Positions 1 to 12,889 of a stretch of DNA of 64,000 nucleotides are shown here, one piece after another. The position numbers were made by a program, and so were the translations under genes. Every line of letters starts with the position of its first letter. The stretch's first letter is position 1. This DNA comes from Octopus sinensis (Eukaryota), in NCBI RefSeq assembly GCF_006345805.1, contig NC_042997.1, forward strand, positions 91,388,001 to 91,452,000. Direction: 5' to 3'. The notes beneath the pieces were generated by a model that made no database searches, was not told the origin of the DNA, and saw only the letters and a list, made by a program, of their open reading frames with translations.

Positions 1-2100
1 GAAGGACTTAAGATTTCTTTCAAAGGAGAAAAGCCTACTTTTTCTGAGTGGGATAGCAGCAGCAAAAGTTGAAGCACCATACTTATTTTGCAACCTGTCC
101 CTGGATTGCAAACCAATTGCAACAAAGTCTTGTCATTTTTCAAAGCCTGATGAACAGTTCATTGACTCTGAAATACAAAAACTGTTATGTGATATTATTG
201 AGCCTTCAAACTCACCCTGGAGAGCTCAGCTTTTGGTAACAACAAATAAATGACACAAGAAAAGACTCATAGTTAGACAATTAACTGCTTAACTCAGCTT
301 GATGCAAATCCATTGCTGAAAATCAACAAGATGGTTGAAAGCATATCAAGGTATGAAATGTACAGTACATTAGATCTCTGCAGTGCCTATCATCAGATAC
401 CAATTAAGGAAGAAGAGAGACATTTTACAGCTTTCAAAGCCAGAGGCAAGTTGAACCATTTTAAACAAATTCCTTTTGGGGTCATCAATGGAGTTGCCTG
501 TTTTCAATGTATCATAGATAATATGATTAGAGAAGAGAAAATCAAGAATACTTTTGCATACTTGGATAATATTACTGTGGAAAGAATCAAGAAGACCATG
601 ACAAAAATTTTGCACACTTCCTTGACTGTGCTAAGATGTATAACATAACTTTCAATGAAAAGAAGAGCATTATCAGTGCAAAGGAAATCAAGTTACTAGA
701 GTTTCAAGTATCAAAATGAAATATCAAACCTGATCCTGAGGGATTGCAACTATTGAAGGTACTTGCTGATCCATATGACTCCAAATCTCAAAAAGAGTCA
801 TTGACATGTTTTCTTACTACTCATCATGGATTCTAATAAAGTTCATCCTCTGATAATAAAACATTCCCCTTACCAGTAAAAGTGAAAAATGCCTTTGAGT
901 ATCTGAAAGCAGAAATCACAAAAGCAATTGTGACTATTGACTCAACTCTGCCCCTAGTGGTTGTGACGCATGCCTCAGACATAGCTATCGCAGCAACTCT
1001 TAATCAAGTGGAAAACCCATTGCTTTTTTCTCAAGATTACTGAATCCAAGTGAAAGGAATCACTCATCAACTGAAAAACAGGCTTATGCTATCGTAGAAG
1101 CATTATCTTCTTGGCAAGCATTTCAAATTAATCACAGATCAAAAGAGTATTTCTTTCATGTTTGACAATGCCCAGACGAACAAAATCAAGAATGATAAAA
1201 CACAGCGTTGGTGTATTAAACTGTCTTGCTACAGTTACAATGTTGTCTATAGATCTGGAACTGAAAATCTCACAGCTGATTTGTTATCTTTTGCTTCCTG
1301 TTCTGCTTCCACCTCAGGTAGTTCTGACAGACTTAAAGAAATCCATTCCTCTCTTTGTCATCCAAGAATCTCTAGAATGTTTCACATTGTAAAATCTAAA
1401 AACTTAATCCTTCTCCATCAAAGAAGTGAAGCAAATGACTGCAAACTGTAACATCTGCTGAGAACTCAAACCTTTCTACCATTCTGATGCTCATTTGATT
1501 AAAGCAACACAGCCTTTTGAGAGATTCAGCGTTGACTTTAAAGGACCTTTGCCTTCTAATTCCCACATGTATTTTCTTACTGCTATTGATGAACACTCTC
1601 ACTTCCCTTGTCTCGACACAAGTGCTTCAACTATCAAATGTTTTTGTAAACTTTTCTCCCTCTTTGGTATGCCTTCAGACATTCATTTTGACAGGGGGAC
1701 AAGTTTCATATCTAATAAACTGAAAGCAATGAACATAGCAAGGAAATTGCTACGAATAGACCTATGGCATTTAACCCCAGTGGAAATGGTCAGGTTGAAT
1801 GCCTCAATGGAACTCTGTGACACTGGCTCTGAAGACAGCATTGGCAATCACTCAGTGGGAACTGGTTCTGCAAGATTCTCTGCATGCAGTCAGGTCTCTC
1901 CTGTGTACAGCGACCAATGAAACGCCTCATGAAAGACTTTTCCAATATAACCATAAATCTACAACTGGTACAACTCTTCCCAGTTGGCTTCTATCATTGG
2001 GTCCTGCTCTGATGAGATGAAATGTGAGAACTTCTAAATATGAACCACTGGTGGATGAAGTGAAGTTACTGGACTGCAATCCACTCTATAGGAGGGGTGA
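1..2100 (+). mobile_element. Decayed Ty3/Gypsy LTR retrotransposon pol (RT, RNase H, integrase remnants)
   Basis: Fragments translate to PSNSPWRAQLLV, YSTLDLCSAYHQIP...HFTAFKARGKL..F.QIPFG, FAYLDNITV (RT); KIKNDKTQRWCIKLSCYSYNVVYRSG (RNase H end); QPFERFSVDFKGPLPS...FLTAIDEHS...IHFDRGTSF (integrase). Many frameshifts and stops. Confidence 0.9.
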
Positions 2101-2250
2101 ATGTCATAAATAGCATGATTGTGTTTGTATCTAAAGTTTATCCTCATTAGATGTTTCATTGCTCATGATTAACTCTTGCCATCTTGTCTGCTTTTATTTT
2201 AGACCTCACTGTGGAGTATGCTGTATTGAATGCTAAATAAAACCTATCAT
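2090..2250 (+). repeat. Polypurine tract and probable 3' LTR of the Gypsy element
   Basis: AGGAGGGGTGAA (2090-2101) is followed by TG at 2102, with an AATAAA near 2236. The right boundary is uncertain because no second LTR is in the window. Confidence 0.5.
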
Positions 2251-2299
2251 AAGGTCATGCCCAGCTTTTGTAAATTGTCTTACTTCAGTTCCATTACTT

Positions 2300-3230
2300 G
2301 TGTCCCTTTATCATCTCCATTAAGAATATCAATGTCCTGAAATCAGTTTTTACCACTTCTACCCATGTCTACCTTGGTCTTCTTCCACAGACTGTAACTT
2401 TGATTTCTTGATATTGTTTTACTTATCTGTTTTTGTCAATATGTATTACATGCTTGTGTCAACACCATTGTCTCTCTTGCATACTATACCTGATTTCTCT
2501 TGTACCCAATTTATCTTTCAGCTCATCTGGACCTTTTTGGTCATACACACTAGCATTACTACATTTCTTCCCCAACCTTTGTACATCCTCTGTATTTAGT
2601 GTGAGCAACTCACTACCTTTAGGCATCACAGTTTGTATGTCAGCAATGCACAATCAACCCTTTGATCAGAGAAAAACGTCTTGTTGCCAGTAGAGATATT
2701 AGCTTCCAGAACATTTTTTAAAACCCCTAATCTTATTCTGGCTACAATGCTCTCAACTGCTGATTAGATTGCTTAAGTAATCAAAGTTATCAACCACATC
2801 TAATAGAGCCTTCTGAGAATTGAAGAATCTATTTTATGGTGTCCTGACTGCTAGCTACTCTGGTGTATTTACCATAAGCAAATTTTTTATTCAGTCAGCT
2901 TACATTTGATTCTTGTAGACTTTTGTTTGCATCCATTAATCTTACTGAATACTGAGCACAGCCATTTCCCTGATGACAACAGAGTCCTGTCTTCTTTCTT
3001 TCTTATTGAAACTTTTATCATTACCAACTTTATTCAGAGGCTGCTTAATTCTAGGATTTGGTTATATGCTTGAAATTTCTTCTGATTGTTCAAAGAAGAC
3101 TTCAGTAGTAATCAGTAGCAACTTATCCTGAAAATCAACAAAATTTGGTATCGTGGTGTTGTTAAATACATGCAGGTAAAGGGTTTAGTCCTATCCCCGA
3201 GATGTTCATTCTGACATGGTTACTATATTA
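2300..3230 (-). mobile_element. Highly decayed RTE-like LINE 3' fragment
   Basis: Minus-strand remnants GRRPR*TWVEVVKTD (~2350-2395) and ESIVARIRLG..WKLISLLATR (~2680-2755) parallel the RTE C-terminus at 11500-12000. Confidence 0.45.
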
Positions 3231-3254
3231 AGGAATGATGCTTCAGCTTTATCA

Positions 3255-3935
3255 ATATATTTACAAATCTCTCTCTCTCTAAAGATATGAGATATGTATA
3301 TGTGCTCTCTTCATTTCTGGTCACTTCAGCCCTGTAACCATGCATGTGCTTTTCCTAGACTTTTTTCCTTCTCTGGAACTTCCCTTTCTGATGAAGAGCT
3401 ATGCTCGAAATATAAAAATAAAACCTATGTACATGGCTTGCATCACTCTCACAAGCCATTTACAGACATCAGACCTCATATCATAGTCCTCGGTCAAAAG
3501 CTTTCTTCAGGTCAGCAAATAATCAACAAATGCTAGTTATAAAAGCCTGATCTTACCTAAAAACTTCTTTAGCAGTTGTCTCACTATAAAGAGAGTATCA
3601 ATGGTATCTCCTATCTGGTACAAAGCTAAACTCCATCTCATCTCAGTGGATTTGCTTCTAATCAAGAGAGCAAATACCCTTTCTGTTACTTCCAAAATTT
3701 AGACAATAAACTTGATGTCTCAGTGGATGTTTCTTTTGAAGCTTCTGCTTTGCCATAGGTTGTAGTTTTTACACATTTACAAATCTTTCTCTCTACCTTT
3801 CTAAAGATATGTATATATGCTCTTTCCACTTCCAATCACTTCAGCCATGTAACCATACATGTATTTTTATGAACTTTTTTCCTTCTCTGGATCTTTTCTT
3901 TCTCCACTTTCTGATGAAGAGCTATGCTTGAACAA
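3255..3935 (+). repeat. Two diverged copies of a ~160 bp module ending in a hammerhead-like core (Penelope-type terminal repeat)
   Basis: 3260-3415 and 3775-3935 align (TTTACAAATCT..CTAAAGATATG..TCACTTCAGCC.TGTAACCAT..TTTTTTCCTTCTCTGGA..TTTCTGATGAAGAGCTATGCT). Confidence 0.7.
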
Positions 3936-5239
3936 AGGAAAAAAAAAACACTTTTTTCCACCTTTACTGAGCATCAGGCTAATACATTCCATTTGTACAT
4001 CCTTTTGCTGTGTTGTTATTTGTTATTTTTAATGTTTGATTTGACTATATATATATATATAATATATATAATTCATCCAGTCAACTTGTAAGTCCCAGGA
4101 TTTCAGTAGGAATTGCCTGAAGTGTAAGCAGGAGCCAAAGACTTTCATCCTGGAGTCTAAGATGTTCCCCAGGTCAAGGGAGTTCTTTAATATCCTTGCC
4201 TGTTCTGCTATGCACAGCTTGCAATGTATATGTATGTATGTGTGTGGGTATATATATATATATATTATATATATATATATATCTACCTGCAGAGCTGAGT
4301 GTAAGTCCGTTAATCTGTTAATTAACGGAGTTAACAGTTTCATTAATGATTTAACTTTTAAGTTAACTTTGAAAATCATTATCGGACTAATTAGCTTCCG
4401 TTAACCCCAAAATTCATAAAAACCAATAAACATTTAAAAGTTTCTATTGTTTTCAGATTGTCTTAGCATCTACTATGATACTCTTATGTTTTTCTCTGTC
4501 ACAACATATGAATGAGAAAGGAAGGGGTGATAGATGAATAAGGAAGAAACGAGTGATGGCAAACTGGTAGTGGGATGATGGAAATTCTACGGTACAAAAA
4601 AAAACAAAAAACAAAATAAAACAGCGTTTCAAATCTGTGTGAGTATATGTGTATGTATGTAAATGTTTGTGTATGCGTGTGCAATGGAAGTGGGATGGTG
4701 AACATTCAACACTGAAAGGAAAAATCAAACAGTGTTTCAACTCTGTGTGAGTATATGTGTCCGTGTTCAAGGGAAGTTTGTGAATATTTGTGTGTGTCAA
4801 CCAGCATTCTTTCAATAACAAGCGATGATCAATGTCACATCTCAAAAGACAGCCACTAGATAACATTGACATAATTTTTACCTACAAATTTCTTTGTAAT
4901 CGTAATCTACAGTTTGAAAGGTATTTGTATAAAATTTCATTAAAAAAAAAACCTCTTTTCCAGAAAGTTATGAGGGGGAAATGTCAGGTCCTGTGAATTT
5001 TCCGAAACTCCTCAGAAAATATTCCAACACATCTTTACATACACTCAATTGACAGAATATAAGCAATTATTTGGTGTAAGTTTCATTAAAAAGTATCCAT
5101 TTTTCTGGAAGTTATGAGGTAACAAAGTTGGTGGGGTATTAAACTGTAGTTGTACCTTTTACCAATAAAAGTTAACGGATTAACGTTAACTTTTTGGTTA
5201 ACAGATTAATAATTAACAGTTAACTTTTCAATTAATGGT

Positions 5240-5569
5240 GCAAAGTTTAGGTTAGTTAAAATATGTTTTTGACATATTTCAACTGCTAAAACGCAAATAC
5301 ACTGCAGCTACCAAGAAGAAAATATCCCTCTTATGGTAAAATGTGTGAAAACACCCGGTCTGTTCAGTGTTGCCATCTATCAGGAATCCCAGACATCAAT
5401 GTTTTGGGTTTATTGACCCTTGTCAACGCGATGTACCCAAGAGAGGCTACTCTAGCTTCATGTATAATTCAGTCAACAACATTGGCTGAATTATTTTCTC
5501 TACGGTAACTGCAGAGTATTTAGCAATTGAAATATGTCACAAACATATTTTAACTAACCTAAATTTTGC
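5240..5569. mobile_element. MITE-like element with ~80 bp imperfect terminal inverted repeats
   Basis: GCAAAGTTTAGGTTAGTTAAAATATGTTTTTGACATATTTCAACTGCTAAA..ACTGCAGCTACC (from 5240) matches the reverse complement of the sequence ending at 5569. Confidence 0.75.
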
Positions 5570-5599
5570 TTATACACTCCTTAGTGCTAACATTTCGTT

Positions 5600-5655
<56 letters not shown>

Positions 5656-7451
5656 TTGGATAATGGTGAGATCCATTATCCAATGTTCGGTTATCTTCTG
5701 TACAATGTGTAAAGTTTGTTCTTATTAATTAATTCCCGCAAAGCCAGTAGCTGGATGATTTGTAAATGTAACATTTGTTGGATAATACTGGATGGGGTAT
5801 AACTCTTACACAATAGATAAGAGCTTTTCTTTCTTCAACTAAAAATTTCAGTAGTCAACATTTTATAATTAATCAGACACCATTTGTGGAACACCCATAA
5901 ATACCAAAAGCTTTTGACCTGCATAATATTAAGGTTTGTCACTCCTGTTTAAACTACACTCTGCACTACAACAGATAAAAGTATACCCCTATGCAGTTGC
6001 TATCCCAGACCCAATTTAATCCACCTGTCCACTAAGTTTTTGTTTTCCTTGACAGTAGTTAACAGAGCAGCATTAAGTCCACCAGACAGTAATGTGAGGA
6101 ATTTCATGGAACGCATAACTATTTCAAAAGAATTGTTACTCTTCAGGTCCCGGGAGAGAGCAAGAACTTCACATCTGTCTTACGTCATCTGAAAACTTTG
6201 TGACCATGGAAATGACATGTCAGCTTAACTTGGAGCATATTCAGCAAGCCCCATTCTCGTTAGATTTTAATGCGTAACTGTTGTTTTCATCTCTCTGAGG
6301 AACTATATGTATTGAAACAACTGTTTTCTTTAATAAGAAGATTGAATTCAATATTAATAACATCAATGATGATTAACCTATACAATGAATTGATAGAGTT
6401 GCTAGAATGTTCTGGGTCTCAGGCTGTAACTTCACATTCTACAGAAATTTATGCTTACCATGTCTTTGGGGTGGCTAAAATAATGGGTAGTGGATCGGTG
6501 AAATTGTTTGAATGTCGGAACAAATGCTGTAAGGTATTTGTCCTGGCTCACTGTAGTCTGTGTTTTTGAGTACCAGACTGAAATCACCAGCATTTAGGCC
6601 ATGTCCCTGGTTTGAGAAAAAGTTTGTTTTTCCTCATACCAGCAAAGCCTTGAAAAAATAAATTGCCATGAAAGCTGTCAATCCTTCTTTGACTAGTGGT
6701 AAAAGAGTTGTTTATACCAAATTTTATATGACAAGACATTTCATCCGCTAATCTACTAATTTCTCTACACACCCATTCCTGAACAATCGTATAATGAATA
6801 TGCATACACACTTGTTTATCTACCTACTACATACTCTCTCTTACATATTTGCTAATATGCAAAAGTAAAAATGCAGAAAGCAAAAGATATATTCAGGCTA
6901 CTGAAAAGTCTGCTGTTTCACACCCGAAAATGTATATTTAATTTTATCTAGACAATCATCCAAGGAAAACGAGAAGCAATTAAGTTGAAGGAAAGTATAA
7001 ATTTTAATTCTCAATTTAAGGAAGCAACTCAACCATTCACAAAGAGTAGGAGCGATATGGGTTTGTAAATTCCTCAGGAAATTTGAAATATGAATGATTG
7101 TAGAAAGGACATTATTAGGAAGACACTCCTGCCTCCTATTTTGCTATCATTTTTATGAAACGCACATACATACATATGCACACACATATATGCATGCACA
7201 CACACACATACATAAACAAACTAAAAATGCTGATATCAGTCATGTCAGTTCTGATTACTTAGATCTATGATTAAAGAAGTTCCCTCCTTTTCCTGACACA
7301 AGACTATCCTAAGGCATACATTAACCAATTTCCTTTCCGGAAGAAAGTAAATTGTGATTAGAGAAATTTGGCTGCAGCTATTTGTCGCAAGTTGAACACA
7401 AATGGCCTAAAGCTGTCAGCAGGCAAACTGAGTTTTATGTAAGATTCATCG

Positions 7452-8238
7452 ACCACAGCGATGTCCAGAGCGAGCTAAGAATTACTTATTTCATTTCTTC
7501 CGACCCCTCATACTACATTTGTCACTAACATTTAAAAAATGTCTGAATCTAATCACTAACTGCTTGTTCGTTTTCTTTCATGAGCTAACTGTTGATATTG
7601 TTCCCCACAAAATATAATCTTTTAATTTTTAGCTCCATCCCGTAAAGCTTATGTGATAGTTATTCGTCCCTGTATGAAGTTAATTTGTTGGTTTCTCCAC
7701 GATAATTTGTTCGCTACTCCATAATACTTTCTTCAAACCCCGATTGCTTAATTCTTCTCATTCCTGTCCCCAATCACACTTCGCCATTTGCAGCCTGTTT
7801 TTATCCTTCACTACTTCCGTCTGTCCCCAACTCACTCTCTTCCGGTCAGTCTATATTTAAAAAAACTCGCCCTGTGTTCCCTTCTATTCATTCATTCTTC
7901 AACCACAGCGATGTCCAGAGCGAGCTAAGAATTACTTATTTCATTTCTTCCGACCCCTCGTACTACATTCGTCACTAACATTTAAAAGATGTCTGAATCT
8001 AATCACTAACTGCTTGTTTTTTTTCTTTCATGAGCTAACTGTTGATATTGTTCCCCACAAAATATAATCTTTTAATTTTTTAGCCCCATCCCGTAAAGCT
8101 TATGTGATAATTATTCGTCCCTGTATGAAGTTAATTTGTTGGTTTCTCCACGATAATTTGTTTGCTACTCCATAATACTTTCTTCAAACCCCGATTGCTT
8201 AATTCTTCTCATCCCTGTCCCCAATCACACTTCGCCAT
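7452..8238 (+). repeat. Direct duplication of a ~337 bp module (7452-7789 and 7902-8238), period 450 bp
   Basis: Both copies start ACCACAGCGATGTCCAGAGCGAGCTAAG and end CAATCACACTTCGCCATT, with only a few substitutions. Confidence 0.95.
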
Positions 8239-8239
8239 T

Positions 8240-11200
8240 AGCGGTGCGCTCGCCCTTTCCCACCACCAATACCGGATAACACTATGTTTACACCATCTAC
8301 ACCGGATATCCCTTCTCCCACCACCATTACATGTGTCTATTCCTCCAACTCCTCCTCCTCAATATGCTATTTCACTATGTATTACCCCTGCCCCTCTTCC
8401 CTAAGACAGAAGCAGCTAGCACCACTGCTCATCAACCGTCCCACTTAACCAGTTATCTTACGTTTCCTTCTGTTTTGAAATCTGTCTCTGCCTCAACCGG
8501 CTATCTCCTTCCAGTCCCCTCCCTTACTCATGATATCCTACGTTTCATTCTTTCTAGAACCTGCCACCACCCCTACCTGTCATCGTTTCTCCTACCCCCC
8601 CACCACTAGTGCTCCCCTATATTACCTGCACTCTCTCCCCCCACTTTCTCTCTTCTCTCTGCTGGAACCCTTCCCCGCCACAATGCAACCAATTTTTTCA
8701 GCTGGACCACCCCCCAACACTAGAATATCCATGTTTCTGCTACGCTGCTTAAACTACGTTACTCAATGACCATAATGCTTGCTTAGAATGCTACTAACAC
8801 CTAGAATATCAGTATTTCTTCCACAGAGCTTACATCTATGTCATCAATGACCTTAATGCTTATGCTTACAACGCTGCTAACACCAGCTCCTGCCAACAAC
8901 AGGGGCCACAACCTTAACATGCCTAAATGCTTGAATGTTGTCAGGTCGGAAGCGAGATCAGATGAAAAATGCCTAAAACACGATCACCACAACAACCCTC
9001 TTCTTTTGAGGCGCTGAATTGCACCCCTCCCCCCACATTACCTTCCCAGTTTTCAGAGTTGGCACACTGAAAGGAGGTAGGTCTAGTGAGATTGTAGAGA
9101 TGCTTGAGAGAAGACGGGTTGATGTATGCTGCATACAAGAGGTAAGATGGAGAGGTGCTTCAGCTAGGGTCCTCACAGGCAAGGCACATAGGTATAAAGT
9201 CTTCTGGCAAGGTAACATGGATGGTGTAGACATTCTCCTTGCGGAGAAATGGGTGGATAAGGTCATAGAGGTTGTCAGGGTTTGCGATAGAGTGCTTAAG
9301 CTCAGGTTAGTCCTACAGAGTGGCACAGCTACGATTATCTCCGCCTATGCCCCACATGCGGGGCTACCAAATGATCAGAAGGACCACTTTTATGATACCC
9401 TTCTACAGGCTACCTCAAAGACGAGTGGCAAGGACCTCATCTTTGTGGGTGGAGATTTTAATGGGCATGTTAGGCGGGAATCGGGTATTTTCACTGGCGT
9501 ACACGGTGGCCATGGTATTGGCACCAGAAATGATGAGGGAACTAGACTACTGGAATTCTGTGATGCATGTAACCTTTTAATCTGCAACACTAACTTCAGG
9601 AAGCCTGACTGCCACCTTATAACCTATCAGTCAGGAGACTCCGCTAGCCAAATAGACTTCAGCCTCACCAGACAGCGGGATGCAGGGTTGCTCTTAAATA
9701 CAAAGACCCTCCCGGGTGAAGAATGTACCCCTCAGCATAGGCTAATCATTAGTGACTTTAGGCTTGAGGCCAGGATTCCAAGAAACAGACCAATCCAGAA
9801 AAGAAGGATTTGGAAGCTAAAGAACCCTTCACATGGTCAGAGATTTAGGGACATCCTCATCAAGAAATTTGATGAGAGGGAGGAGGAGCTACAGATGTCG
9901 GACATAGAAGGTAACTGGAAATTCCTACAGGACAGCTTGCTGAGTGCTACAGACCAAGTCTGTGGATGGTGTAAAGTCCCTTCCAGACCTCGAGTTACGT
10001 GGTGGTGGAATAGTGCAGTAGACAAAGCCATTAGTGCAAAGAAACAGGCCTGGAAAGCCTGGAGGTGTGGGGGTAGCAGGGAACTGTACCAGGTAGCCAA
10101 AAGGGAGGCTGGGTGGCAGGTATACATAGCCAAAGATGTAGCAGAAAAGAAGAAGTTTGCCAATGTCCAGCGACGTGAGGACCAAAGAACTGAGGTATTT
10201 CGGACTGCTAGACAGTGTGTGAGAGAAAATAGTGATGTTACAGGAGAGAAATGTGTCCGCATGGATGATGGGGCACTTGCTTTTAGTGATGGTGAAAAGA
10301 AAGAGGCTTGGAGAAGCTATTATGAAAGACTGCTGAATGTGGAGAATGAATGGGAGGAGGAGAGCCTGCCAAATGTTGACCCAGTAGAGGGACCAGCTAT
10401 CCGAATAGACAGCTCCCTTGTAGTTAAGGCAATTAAGGGTATGAAACCAGGTAAAGCTCCCGGCCCATCAGGAATCACTGCTGAGATGCTTAAAACAGCT
10501 GGTTATGTGGGCTATGGCCTAGTCACCCGCATTGTAAACCAGGTAGTTCATAATGGAGTCATACCCAATGACTGGCGTAGCAGCACCATAGTCAACTGCT
10601 ACAATGGTAAGGGTGATGCTCTAGATAGAAATAACTACAGGGGTATTAAAGTGTTGGATCAGGTGATGAAGGTCTCAGAGAGGGTCATAACCCATCTCAT
10701 TAGGGAAAGAATTTGCTTAGATGAGATGCAGTTCGGTTTTGTGCCAGATAGAAGAACCACTGACGCTATATTCCTGGTCCGACAACTGCAGGAGAAGTAC
10801 CTAGCTAAAGATAAACCCCTCTACATTGCTTGTGTGGACTTGGAGAAAGCCTTTGACAGGGTCCCCCGATCCCTTATCTGGTGGTCAATGTGGAAACTGG
10901 AGATTGACAAATGGCTAATAAGGGCTGTACAGACCTTATACAGAGAGGCTGTCAGCAAGGTTAGAATTGGCAACGAATATAGTGAAGAATTCCATGTAGA
11001 AGTAGGTGTACACCAAGGCTCAGCCCTCAGTCCCCTTTTATTCATCATAGTCCTCCAGGCAATAACAGATGAATTCAAAACAGGTTGCCTCTGGGAGCTC
11101 CTCCATGCTGATGACCTGGCTCTCATAGCAGAATCACAACTGGAACTAGAAAAGAAATTTCGGGTGTGGAAGCAAGGGTTAGAATCAAAGGACCTTAGAG

Positions 11201-12560
11201 TAAATGTAGCAAAGACCAAATTTATAGTAAGCAGAAAGGCGAACTCAGCACACACCCCATCGGGCAGGTGGCCCTGCTCGATCTGTAGAAAAGGTGTAGG
11301 TAGAAACTCGATAAGATGTACCCAGTGTAAGCTATGGACGCATAAGAGGTGCAGCAACATCAAAGGGAAATTAACTGATAAGATAGCTTTCATGTGCAGC
11401 AGATGCACAGGGACAATAGACACCACAGATACTCAGAAAACAGATTCCATCACATTCCAGGGGAAGAAACTAGAAGTAGTTGATAATTTCCGCTACCTGG
11501 GTGACCAAGTTAGTAGTGGAGGTGGATGCTCAGAGTGTCACCACTAGAATACGAATAGCCTGGGCAAAGTTTAGAAAGCTCCTACCCCTACTGGTGACAA
11601 AGTGTCTCTCGCTCAGAGTGAAAGGTAGATTGTATGATGCATGGGTGTGAACTGCCATGCTTCACGGTAGTGAAACATGGGTGGTGACTGCAGAGGACAT
11701 GCATAGACTTGAAAGAAATGAAGGAAGCTAGCATGATCCGCTTGATGTGTAATGTCAGTGTGCATGCACAACAGAGGGTAAGCACCCTGAGAGAAATGCT
11801 GGACATAAGAAGCATCAGATGTGGTGTGCAAGAGCGACGCTTGCGATGGTATGGTCATGTACTGCGGATGGATGAGGAGAGATGTGTGAAGAAGTGCCGC
11901 TCCCAAACAGTTGAAGGTATCAGGGGGAGAGGTAGACCCAGGAAGACATGGGATGAGGTAGTCAAGCATGACCTCAGAGCGTTGGGCCTCACAGAGGCAG
12001 TAAGGAAGGACCGAGATCTCTAGAGATATGCTGTGACTGCAAAGACCCAGGCTGCTTCCTGCACCAGTCCCGCATAGCTCCCGCCCATTCAAAGCACCTT
12101 GGATTCCAGAACATCCTGCTGTGCTTGAGGAGACCTATTGAGTCAAGTACATGAACATCGAAATAAATATCAATGGAAATAGTATTTGTGATACCTGTGC
12201 TGGTGGCACATAAAAAGCACCATCCGAATGTGGCCGATGCCAGCACCGCCAGAACTGGCTTCTGTGCCGGTGGCACATAAAAAGCACCCTCCGAACGTGG
12301 CCAATGCCAGCACCACCTTGACTGGCTTCCGTGCTGGTGGTACGTTAAAAGCACCAACCGATCGTGGCCGATGCTGGTGGCACGTAAAAAGCACCCACTA
12401 CACTCGTGGAGTGTTTGGCGTTAGGAAGGGCCTCCAGCTGTAGAAACACTGCCAGATCAGACTGGAGCCTGGTGCAGCCCCTGGCTTCCCAGACCCTAGT
12501 CGAACCGTCCAACCCGTGCTAGCGCGGAAAACGGATATTAAACGATGATGATGATAATGA
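8240..12560 (+). mobile_element. Near-full-length RTE-clade LINE with 3' UTR and (GAT)n tail
   Basis: APE-RT ORF at 9019-11547; frameshifted C-terminus to 12023 (RRLRWYGHVLRM, GRGRPRKTW); 3' UTR with repeated GGTGGCAC.TAAAAAGCACC units; ends TTAAACGATGATGATGAT. The 5' boundary is uncertain. Confidence 0.93.
9019..11547 (+). pseudogene. RTE ORF: AP endonuclease + reverse transcriptase + PHD-type finger; frameshifted near 11537 and 11720
   Basis: VDVCCIQEVRWRG, ISAYAP, GGDFNGHV, SQIDF (APE); NYRGIKVL, FGFVP, DLEKAFDRVPR, GVHQGSALSPLLF, LLHADD (RT, with YADD changed to HADD). Confidence 0.93.
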
Positions 12561-12889
12561 TGTGATGTAGACCTTGTTCTGTTGAGTCAGTGGTTTGTGT
12601 ACATATAATGATGCGCATGTGCTATTTTGTGCTCATGGTAGTTTATTGTGGAGAGACTGGATGTTAACTAGATAGTATTGTTTGTACACCATCGTTTCTT
12701 TTTCCAGTTGGCCAAATGTGGCACCTGTTTAGTGTGCAATGTAGGTTTGTGCGTCATTTTACTTCCTTTGCTGTCTTCTATGTGTGTTGTAAGGGAGTGA
12801 CAACTCCTTGTTTTTTTCTTTGTCTTCTGTATGTGTTACGTGTTTATGATGTGCAGGAGCATTGTGTTTGATGTCACAAGTAGTGACCA

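Noticed and set aside
9019-12023. An active autonomous RTE copy
   Set aside because: There is no ATG at the ORF start, YADD is changed to HADD, and at least two frameshifts occur near 11537 and 11720.
7340-12580. Target-site duplication for the long RTE
   Set aside because: Only a loose TGTGATTAGA / TGTGATGTAGA similarity was found, not an exact repeat, so the 5' end remains undefined.
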